DNA of 64,000 nucleotides from Auanema rhodensis (Eukaryota > Animalia > Nematoda): NCBI GenBank assembly GCA_964057225.1, contig OZ059898.1, positions 10,974,001 to 11,038,000 on the forward strand, written 5' to 3'. How positions within the stretch are numbered: position 1 is the first letter of the stretch; each line of letters starts with the position of its first letter. A program made the position numbers and the translations under genes. Below the pieces are notes generated by a model, which was not told the origin of the DNA, did not search any database, and saw nothing but the letters and a program-made list of their open reading frames with translations. Positions 37,014 to 47,665 of the stretch are shown in pieces.

Positions 37014-37429
37014 TTTTGAAGATAGAGGGCTCTTCAAATAGCCTCCCAGGTTCACACTTTCTATTCTATGCCCTGTTAACGTAAAATACTATTAGAGGAA
37101 GAAAGATTCATTCATATGCCATTCAGATATACATAATACAGAATATAAGGACTAGAAGATATATAATAAGACTAGATAAAATACATAGAAGACTAGAGTG
37201 AATGTAATAAGACTAGATATACATCACTAATGAGACTAGAGATAGTCTTACTAAAGGACAAGGATAAAACGGTGGTTCAGACTAGATGAGTCATAAGATA
37301 AAGACAGCAACGAGGAGAGAGAAAAGCGACCGTCCGCGACGGTGGTATAAAAACAGAGTGCCCGTGAATCTCATCAGCCAACGTGATGAGATTGCATCGA
37401 TTGAATGATGGATAATCGCATTCGCGATA
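37014..37429 (-). repeat. 5' LTR (416 bp)
   Basis: Direct repeat of 29675-30090; adjacent to the PBS. Confidence 0.96.
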
Positions 37430-37437
37430 GTTATCAT

Positions 37438-37521
37438 GTCATTCTGGCCGAGTGGTCTAAGGCGCTGCGTTCAGGTCGCAGTCCTCTCCGGAGGGCGCAG
37501 GTTCGAATCCTGCGGATGACA
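37438..37521 (+). tRNA. tRNA-Leu(CAG) immediately next to the retroelement 5' LTR
   Basis: Intact consensus. Only GTTATCAT (8 bp) of the native upstream flank remains. Confidence 0.96.
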
Positions 37522-40500
37522 GTATTTTTTTGGAAACCAAATCACTTTTTTAATTTCAAACCAGCGCCTTAAAGTTTCGGCGGAAACTGAAGCTCACAAC
37601 TGTTTTTGCCGTGTCATTCTGAACTAGTGAACTGAGGCGCTGCGGCCAGTTCGCAGTATTATCAGTATTGCTTTGAAAACTGAATCATTTTTCTAATTTC
37701 AAACCAGCGCCTTCAATGTTTGGCTCAAAATGAAGCTAATAACTGTTGTTATCATGTCATTCTGGCCGAGTGGTCTAAGGCGCTGCGTTCAGGTCGCAGT
37801 CCTCTCCGGAAGGCGCAGGTTCGAATCCTGCGAATGACAGTATCTTTTTGGAAACCAAATCACTTTTTTAATTTCAAACCAGCGCCTTAAAGTTTTGGCG
37901 GAAACTGAAGCTCACAACTGTTTTTGCCATGTCATTCTGAACTAGTGAACTGAGGCGCTGCGCCCGTTCGTAGTATTATCAGTATTGTTTTGAAAACCGA
38001 ATCATCTTTCTAATTTCAAACCAGCGCCTTGAATTTTTGGCTCAAAATAAAGCTAATAACTGTTGTTATCATGTCATTCTGGCCGAGTGGTCTAAGGCGC
38101 TGCGTTCAGGTCGCAGTCCTCTCCGGAGGGCGCAGGTTCGAATCCTGCGGATGACAGTATCTTTTTGGAAACCAAATCACTTTTTTAATTTCAAACCAGC
38201 GCCTTAAAGTTTTGGCGGAAACTGAAGCTCACAACTGTTTTTGCCATGTCATTCTGATCTAGTGAACTGAGGCGCTGCGCCCGTTTGCAGTATTATCCGT
38301 ATTGCTTTGAAAACCGAATCATCTTTCTAATTTCAAACCAGCGCCTTAAATTTTTGGCTCAAAATAAAGCTAATAACTGTAGTTATCATGTCATTCTGGC
38401 CGAGTGGTCTAAGGCGCTGCGTTCAGGTCGCAGTCCTCTCCGGAGGGCGCAGGTTCGAATCCTGCGGATGACAGTATCTTTTTGGAAACCAATTCACTTT
38501 TTTAATTTCAAACAAGCGCCTTAAAGTTTCAGCGGAAACTGAAGCTCACAACTGTTTTTGCCATGTCATTCTGAACTAGTGAACTGAGGCGCTGCGGCCA
38601 GTTCGCAGTATTATCAGTATTGCTTTGAAAACTGAATCATTTTTCTAATTTCAAACCAGCGCCTTGAATTTTTGGCTCAAAATATAGCTAATAACTGTTG
38701 TTATTATGTCATTCTGGCCGAGTGGTCTAAGGCGCTGCGTTCAGGTCGCAGTCCTCTCCGGAGGGCGCAGGTTCGAATCCTGCGGATGACAGTATCTTTT
38801 TGGAAACCAAATCACTTTTTTAATTTCAAACCAGCGCCTTAAAGTTTCGGCGGAAACTGAAGCTCAAAACTGTTTTTACCGTGTCATTCTGATCTAGTGA
38901 ACTGAGGCGCTGCGGCCAGTTCGCAGTATTATCAGTATTGCTTTGGAAACCGAATCATTTTTCTAATTTCAAACCAGCGCCTTAAATGTTTGGCTCAAAA
39001 TAATGCTAATAACTGTAGTTATCATGTCATTCTGGCCGAGTGGTCTAAGGCGCTGCGTTCAGGTCGCAGTCCTCTCCGGAGGGCGCAGGTTCCAATCCTG
39101 CGAATGACAGTATCTTTTTGGAAACCAAATCACTTTTTTAATTTCAAACCAGCGCCTTAAAGTTTTGGCGGAAAGTGAAGTTCACAACTGTTTTTGCCAT
39201 GTCATTCTGAACTAGTGAACTGAGGCGCTGCGCCCGTTTGCAGTATTATCAGTATTGCTTTGAAAACTGAATCATTTTCCTAATTTCAAACCAGCGCCTT
39301 AAATGTTTGGCTCAAAATAAAGCTAATAACTGTAGTTATCATGTCATTCTGGCCGAGTGGTCTAAGGCGCTGCGTTCAGGTCGCAGTCCTCTCCGGAGGG
39401 CGCAGGTTCGAATCCTGCGAATGACAGTATCTTTTTGGAAACCAAATCACTTTTTTAATTTCAAACCAGCGCCTTAAAGTTTTGGCGGAAAGTGAAGCTC
39501 ACAACTGTTTTTGCCATGTCATTCTGAACTAGTGAACTGAGGCGCTGCGCCCGTTCGCAGTATTATCAGTATTGCTTTGAAAACTGAATCATTTTCCTAA
39601 TTTCAAACCAGCGCCTTAAATGTTTGGCTCAAAATAAAGCTAATAACTGTAGTTATCATGTCATTCTGGCCGAGTGGTCTAAGGCGCTGCGTTCAGGTCG
39701 CAGTCCTCTCCGGAGGGCGCAGGTTCGAATCCTGCGGATGACAGTATCTTTTTGGAAACCAATTCACTTTTTTAATTTCAAACAAGCGCCTTAAAGTTTC
39801 AGCGATAACTGAAGCTCACAACTGTTTTTGCCATGTCATTCTGATCTAGTGAACTGAGGCGCTGCGGCCAGTTCGCAGTATTATCAGTATTGCTTTGAAA
39901 ACCGAATCATCTTTCTAATTTCAAACCAGCGCCTTAAATTTTTGGCTCAAAATAAAGCTAATAACTGTAGTTATCATGTCATTCTGGCCGAGTGGTCTAA
40001 GGCGCTGCGTTCAGGTCGCAGTCCTCTCCGGAGGGCGCAGGTTCGAATCCTGCGGATGACAGTATTTTTTTGGAAACCAAATCACTTTTTTAATTTCAAA
40101 CAAGCGTCTTATAGTTTCAGCGGAAACTGAAGCTCACAACTGTTTTTGCCATGTCATTCTGATCTAGTGAACTGAGGCGCTGTGCCCGTTTGCAGTATTA
40201 TCCGTATTGCTTTGAAAACCGAATCATCTTTCTAATTTCAAACCAGCGCCTTAAATGTTTGGCTCAAAATGAAGCTAATAACTGTTGTTATCATGTCATT
40301 CTGGCCGAGTGGTCTAAGGCGCTGCGTTCAGGTCGCAGTCCTCTCCGGAGGGCGCAGGTTCGAATCCTGCGGATGACAGTATCTTTTTGGAAACCAAATC
40401 ACTTTTTTAATTTCAAACCAGCGCCTTAAAGTTTTGGCGGAAACTGAAGCTCACAACTGTTTTTGCCATGTCATTCTGATCTAGTGAACTGAGGCGCTGC

Positions 40501-43500
40501 GCCCGTTTGCAGTATTATCCGTATTGCTTTGAAAACCGAATCATCTTTCTAATTTCAAACCAGCGCCTTAAATTTTTGGCTCAAAATAAAGCTAATAACT
40601 GTAGTTATCATGTCATTCTGGCCGAGTGGTCTAAGGCGCTGCGTTCAGGTCGCAGTCCTCTCCGGAGGGCGCAGGTTCGAATCCTGCGGATGACAGTATT
40701 TTTTTGGAAACCAAATCACTTTTTTAATTTCAAACCAGCGCCTTAAAGTTTCGGCGGAAACTGAAGCTCACAACTGTTTTTGCCGTGTCATTCTGAACTA
40801 GTGAACTGAGGCGCTGCGGCCAGTTCGCAGTATTATCAGTATTGCTTTGAAAACTGAATCATTTTTCTAATTTCAAACCAGCGCCTTCAATGTTTGGCTC
40901 AAAATGAAGCTAATAACTGTTGTTATCATGTCATTCTGGCCGAGTGGTCTAAGGCGCTGCGTTCAGGTCGCAGTCCTCTCCGGAGGGCGCAGGTTCGAAT
41001 CCTGCGAATGACAGTATCTTTTTGGAAACCAAATCACTTTTTTAATTTCAAACCAGCGCCTTAAAGTTTTGGCGGAAACTGAAGCTCACAACTGTTTTTG
41101 CCATGTCATTCTGAACTAGTGAACTGAGGCGCTGCGCCCGTTCGTAGTATTATCAGTATTGTTTTGAAAACCGAATCATCTTTCTAATTTCAAACCAGCG
41201 CCTTGAATTTTTGGCTCAAAATAAAGCTAATAACTGTTGTTATCATGTCATTCTGGCCGAGTGGTCTAAGGCGCTGCGTTCAGGTCGCAGTCCTCTCCGG
41301 AGGGCGCAGGTTCGAATCCTGCGGATGACAGTATCTTTTTGGAAACCAATTCACTTTTTTAATTTCAAACAAGCGCCTTAAAGTTTCAGCGATAACTGAA
41401 GCTCACAACTGTTTTTGCCATGTCATTCTGAACTAGTGAACTGAGGCGCTGCGCCCGTTCGCAGTATTATCAGTATTGCTTTGAAAACCGAATCATTTTT
41501 CTAATTTCAAACCAGCGCCTTAAATGTTTGGCTCAAAATAAAGCTAATAACTGTAGTTATCATGTCATTCTGGCCGAGTGGTCTAAGGCGCTGCGTTCAG
41601 GTCGCAGTCCTCTCCGGAGGGCGCAGGTTCGAATCCTGCGGATGACAGTATCTTTTTGGAAACCAAATCACTTTTTTAATTTCAAACCAGCGCCTTAAAG
41701 TTTTGGCGGAAACTGAAGCTCACAACTGTTTTTGCCATGTCATTCTGATCTAGTGAACTGAGGCGCTGCGCCCGTTTGCAGTATTATCCGTATTGCTTTG
41801 AAAACCGAATCATCTTTCTAATTTCAAACCAGCGCCTTAAATTTTTGGCTCAAAATAAAGCTAATAACTGTAGTTATCATGTCATTCTGGCCGAGTGGTC
41901 TAAGGCGCTGCGTTCAGGTCGCAGTCCTCTCCGGAGGGCGCAGGTTCGAATCCTGCGGATGACAGTATTTTTTTGGAAACCAAATCACTTTTTTAATTTC
42001 AAACAAGCGTCTTATAGTTTCAGCGGAAACTGAAGCTCACAACTGTTTTTGCCATGTCATTCTGATCTAGTGAACTGAGGCGCTGTGCCCGTTTGCAGTA
42101 TTATCCGTATTGCTTTGAAAACCGAATCATCTTTCTAATTTCAAACCAGCGCCTTAAATGTTTGGCTCAAAATGAAGCTAATAACTGTTGTTATCATGTC
42201 ATTCTGGCCGAGTGGTCTAAGGCGCTGCGTTCAGGTCGCAGTCCTCTCCGGAGGGCGCAGGTTCGAATCCTGCGGATGACAGTATCTTTTTGGAAACCAA
42301 ATCACTTTTTTAATTTCAAACCAGCGCCTTAAAGTTTTGGCGGAAACTGAAGCTCACAACTGTTTTTGCCATGTCATTCTGATCTAGTGAACTGAGGCGC
42401 TGCGCCCGTTTGCAGTATTATCCGTATTGCTTTGAAAACCGAATCATCTTTCTAATTTCAAACCAGCGCCTTAAATTTTTGGCTCAAAATAAAGCTAATA
42501 ACTGTAGTTATCATGTCATTCTGGCCGAGTGGTCTAAGGCGCTGCGTTCAGGTCGCAGTCCTCTCCGGAGGGCGCAGGTTCGAATCCTGCGGATGACAGT
42601 ATTTTTTTGGAAACCAAATCACTTTTTTAATTTCAAACCAGCGCCTTAAAGTTTCGGCGGAAACTGAAGCTCACAACTGTTTTTGCCGTGTCATTCTGAA
42701 CTAGTGAACTGAGGCGCTGCGGCCAGTTCGCAGTATTATCAGTATTGCTTTGAAAACTGAATCATTTTTCTAATTTCAAACCAGCGCCTTCAATGTTTGG
42801 CTCAAAATGAAGCTAATAACTGTTGTTATCATGTCATTCTGGCCGAGTGGTCTAAGGCGCTGCGTTCAGGTCGCAGTCCTCTCCGGAAGGCGCAGGTTCG
42901 AATCCTGCGAATGACAGTATCTTTTTGGAAACCAAATCACTTTTTTAATTTCAAACCAGCGCCTTAAAGTTTTGGCGGAAACTGAAGCTCACAACTGTTT
43001 TTGCCATGTCATTCTGAACTAGTGAACTGAGGCGCTGCGCCCGTTCGTAGTATTATCAGTATTGTTTTGAAAACCGAATCATCTTTCTAATTTCAAACCA
43101 GCGCCTTGAATTTTTGGCTCAAAATAAAGCTAATAACTGTTGTTATCATGTCATTCTGGCCGAGTGGTCTAAGGCGCTGCGTTCAGGTCGCAGTCCTCTC
43201 CGGAGGGCGCAGGTTCGAATCCTGCGGATGACAGTATCTTTTTGGAAACCAAATCACTTTTTTAATTTCAAACCAGCGCCTTAAAGTTTTGGCGGAAACT
43301 GAAGCTCACAACTGTTTTTGCCATGTCATTCTGATCTAGTGAACTGAGGCGCTGCGCCCGTTTGCAGTATTATCCGTATTGCTTTGAAAACCGAATCATC
43401 TTTCTAATTTCAAACCAGCGCCTTAAATTTTTGGCTCAAAATAAAGCTAATAACTGTAGTTATCATGTCATTCTGGCCGAGTGGTCTAAGGCGCTGCGTT

Positions 43501-46500
43501 CAGGTCGCAGTCCTCTCCGGAGGGCGCAGGTTCGAATCCTGCGGATGACAGTATCTTTTTGGAAACCAATTCACTTTTTTAATTTCAAACAAGCGCCTTA
43601 AAGTTTCAGCGGAAACTGAAGCTCACAACTGTTTTTGCCATGTCATTCTGAACTAGTGAACTGAGGCGCTGCGGCCAGTTCGCAGTATTATCAGTATTGC
43701 TTTGAAAACTGAATCATTTTTCTAATTTTAAACCAGCGCCTTGAATTTTTGGCTCAAAATATAGCTAATAACTGTTGTTATTATGTCATTCTGGCCGAGT
43801 GGTCTAAGGCGCTGCGTTCAGGTCGCAGTCCTCTCCGGAGGGCGCAGGTTCGAATCCTGCGGATGACAGTATCTTTTTGGAAACCAAATCACTTTTTTAA
43901 TTTCAAACCAGCGCCTTAAAGTTTCGGCGGAAACTGAAGCTCAAAACTGTTTTTACCGTGTCATTCTGATCTAGTGAACTGAGGCGCTGCGGCCAGTTCG
44001 CAGTATTATCAGTATTGCTTTGGAAACCGAATCATTTTTCTAATTTCAAACCAGCGCCTTAAATGTTTGGCTCAAAATAATGCTAATAACTGTAGTTATC
44101 ATGTCATTCTGGCCGAGTGGTCTAAGGCGCTGCGTTCAGGTCGCAGTCCTCTCCGGAGGGCGCAGGTTCCAATCCTGCGAATGACAGTATCTTTTTGGAA
44201 ACCAAATCACTTTTTTAATTTCAAACCAGCGCCTTAAAGTTTTGGCGGAAAGTGAAGTTCACAACTGTTTTTGCCATGTCATTCTGAACTAGTGAACTGA
44301 GGCGCTGCGCCCGTTTGCAGTATTATCAGTATTGCTTTGAAAACTGAATCATTTTCCTAATTTCAAACCAGCGCCTTAAATGTTTGGCTCAAAATAAAGC
44401 TAATAACTGTAGTTATCATGTCATTCTGGCCGAGTGGTCTAAGGCGCTGCGTTCAGGTCGCAGTCCTCTCCGGAGGGCGCAGGTTCGAATCCTGCGAATG
44501 ACAGTATCTTTTTGGAAACCAAATCACTTTTTTAATTTCAAACCAGCGCCTTAAAGTTTTGGCGGAAAGTGAAGCTCACAACTGTTTTTGCCATGTCATT
44601 CTGAACTAGTGAACTGAGGCGCTGCGCCCGTTCGCAGTATTATCAGTATTGCTTTGAAAACTGAATCATTTTCCTAATTTCAAACCAGCGCCTTAAATGT
44701 TTGGCTCAAAATAAAGCTAATAACTGTAGTTATCATGTCATTCTGGCCGAGTGGTCTAAGGCGCTGCGTTCAGGTCGCAGTCCTCTCCGGAGGGCGCAGG
44801 TTCGAATCCTGCGGATGACAGTATCTTTTTGGAAACCAATTCACTTTTTTAATTTCAAACAAGCGCCTTAAAGTTTCAGCGATAACTGAAGCTCACAACT
44901 GTTTTTGCCATGTCATTCTGATCTAGTGAACTGAGGCGCTGCGGCCAGTTCGCAGTATTATCAGTATTGCTTTGAAAACCGAATCATTTTTCTAATTTCA
45001 AACCAGCGCCTTAAATTTTTGGCTCAAAATATAGCCAATAACTGTTGTTATCATGTCATTCTGGCCGAGTGGTCTAAGGCGCTGCGGCCAGTTCGCAGTA
45101 TTATCAGTATTGCTTTGAAAACTGAATCATTTTTCTAATTTCAAACCAGCGCCTTAAATTTTTGGCTCAAAATATAGCTAATAACTTTTGTTATCATGTC
45201 ATTCTGGCCGAGTGGTCTAAGGCGCTGCGTTCAGGTCGCAGTCCTCTCCGGAGGGCGCAGGTTCGAATCCTGCGGATGACAGTATCTTTTTGGAAACCAA
45301 ATCACTTTTTTAATTTCAAACCAGCGCCTTAAAGTTTCGGCGGAAACTGAAGCTCACAACTGTTTTTGCCATGTCATTCTGATCTAGTGAACTGAGGCGC
45401 TGCGGCCAGTTCGCAGTATTATCAGTATTGCTTTGAAAACCGAATCATTTTACTAATTTCAAACCAGCGCCTTAAATTTTTGGCTCAAAATATAGCCAAT
45501 AACTGTTGTTATCATGTCATTCTGGCCGAGTGGTCTAAGGCGCTGCGTTCAGGTCGCAGTCCTCTCCGGAGGGCGCAGGTTCGAATCCTGCGGATGACAG
45601 TATCTTTTTGGAAACCGAATCACTTTTTTAATTTCAAACCAGCGCCTTAAAGTTTTGGCGGAAACTGAAGCTCACAACTGTGTTTGCCATGTCATTCTGG
45701 CCGAGTGGTCTAAGGCGCTGCGGCCAGTTCGCAGTATTATCAGTATTGCTTTGAAAACTGAATCATTTTTCTAATTTCAAACCAGCGCCTTAAATTTTTG
45801 GCTCAAAATATAGCTAATAACTTTTGTTATCATGTCATTCTGGCCGAGTGGTCTAAGGCGCTGCGTTCAGGTCGCAGTCCTCTCCGGAGGGCGCAGGTTC
45901 GAATCCTGCGGATGACAGTATCTTTTTGGAAACCAAATCACTTTTTTAATTTCAAACCAGCGCCTTAAAGTTTCGGCGGAAACTGAAGCTCACAACTGTT
46001 TTTGCCATGTCATTCTGATCTAGTGAACTGAGGCGCTGCGGCCAGTTCGCAGTATTATCAGTATTGCTTTGAAAACCGAATCATTTTACTAATTTCAAAC
46101 CAGCGCCTTAAATTTTTGGCTCAAAATATAGCCAATAACTGTTGTTATCATGTCATTCTGGCCGAGTGGTCTAAGGCGCTGCGTTCAGGTCGCAGTCCTC
46201 TCCGGAGGGCGCAGGTTCGAATCCTGCGGATGACAGTATCTTTTTGGAAACCAAATCACTTTTTTAATTTCAAACCAGCGCCTTAAAGTTTCGGCGGAAA
46301 CTGAAGCTCACAACTGTTTTTGCCATGTCATTCTGATCTAGTGAACTGAGGCGCTGCGGCCAGTTCGCAGTATTATCAGTATTGCTTTGAAAACTGAATC
46401 ATTTTTCTAATTTCAAACCAGCGCCTTAAATATTTGGCTCAAAATATAGCTAATAACTGTTGTTATTATGTCATTCTGGCCGAGTGGTCTAAGGCGCTGC

Positions 46501-47422
46501 GTTCAGGTCGCAGTCCTCTCCGGAGGGCGCAGGTTCGAATCCTGCGGATGACAGTATCTTTTTGGAAACCAAATCACTTTTTTAATTTCAAACCAGCGCC
46601 TTAAAGTTTCGGCGGAAACTGAAGCTCACAACTGTTTTTGCCATGTCATTCTGATCTAGTGAACTGAGGCGCTGCGGCCAGTTCGCAGTATTATCAGTAT
46701 TGCTTTGGAAACCGAATCATTTTTCTAATTTCAAACCAGCGCCTTAAATTTTTGGCTCAAAATATAGCTAATAACTGTTGTTATCATGTCATTCTGGCCG
46801 AGTGGTCTAAGGCGCTGCGTTCAGGTCGCAGTCCTCTCCGGAGGGCGCAGGTTCGAATCCTGCGGATGACAGTATCTTTTTGGAAACCGAATCACTTTTT
46901 TAATTTCAAACCAGCGCCTTAAAGTTTTGGCGGAAACTGAAGCTCACAACTGTGTTTGCCATGTCATTCTGATCTAGTGAACTGAGGCGCTGCGCCCGTT
47001 CGCAGTATTATCAGTATTGCTTTGAAAACCGAATCATTTTTCTAATTTCAAACCAGCGCCTTAAACTTTTGGCTCAAAATGAAGCTAATAACTGTTGTTA
47101 TCATGTCATTCTGGCCGAGTGGTCTAAGGCGCTGCGTTCAGGTCGCAGTCCTCTCCGGAGGGCGCAGGTTCGAATCCTGCGGATGACAGTATCTTTTTGG
47201 AAACCAAATCACTTTTTTAATTTCAAACCAGCGCCTTAAAGTTTCAGCGATAACTGAAGCTCACAACTGTTTTTGCTATGTCATTCTGATCTAGTGAACT
47301 GAGGCGCTGCGGCCAGTTCGCAGTATTATCAGTATTGCTTTGAAAACCGAATCATTTTTCTAATTTCAAACCAGCGCCTTAAATGTTTGGCTCAAAATAA
47401 AGCTAGTAACTGTTGTTATCAT

Positions 47423-47506
47423 GTCATTCTGGCCGAGTGGTCTAAGGCGCTGCGTTCAGGTCGCAGTCCTCTCCGGAGGGCGCAGGTTCGAATCCTGCGG
47501 ATGACA
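47423..47506 (+). tRNA. tRNA-Leu(CAG), terminal copy of the array
   Basis: Consensus 84-nt cloverleaf. Confidence 0.97.
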
Positions 47507-47665
47507 GTATCTTTTTGGAAACCAAATCACTTTTTTAATTTCAAACCAGCGCCTTAAAGTTTCAGCGATAACTGAAGCTCACAACTGTTTTTGCCATGTC
47601 ATTCTGATCTAGTGAACTGAGGCGGTGCGGCAGTGATGTTGAATGAAATTTTCTTTTCTACTTAC

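Larger units (their letters stand above)
29675..37429 (-). mobile_element. BEL/Pao (Belpaoviridae-like) LTR retroelement, 7755 bp, non-autonomous (pol absent) but env-bearing
   Basis: Two 416-bp direct repeats, 5-bp TSD, PBS directly abutting the 5' LTR, BEL-type integrase C-terminal domain, BEL-type triple Cys/His knuckles and a phlebovirus-like Gc, as in nematode Cer13/Atlas-type elements. Confidence 0.95.
37430..47634 (+). repeat. Tandem tRNA-Leu(CAG) gene array, right segment (~32 full tRNA copies plus 2 chimeric monomers); ends in a truncated B monomer
   Basis: tRNA starts 37438...44737 (24 copies), then 45198...47423 (8 copies). Similarity breaks after GAGGCGGTGCGGCAGT at ~47634. Confidence 0.97.

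Noticed and set aside
3622-43601. Dozens of 62-85 aa ORFs (MAQN.../MQYYPY...HVILAEWSKALRSGRSPLRRAQVRILRMT)
   Set aside because: Translations through the tRNA-Leu gene and spacer from TTG starts; presence depends on random spacer SNPs. Not protein genes.
1-47634. CRISPR-like repeat/spacer appearance
   Set aside because: Spacers are near-identical rather than unique, the repeat is a tRNA, the context is eukaryotic and there are no cas genes.
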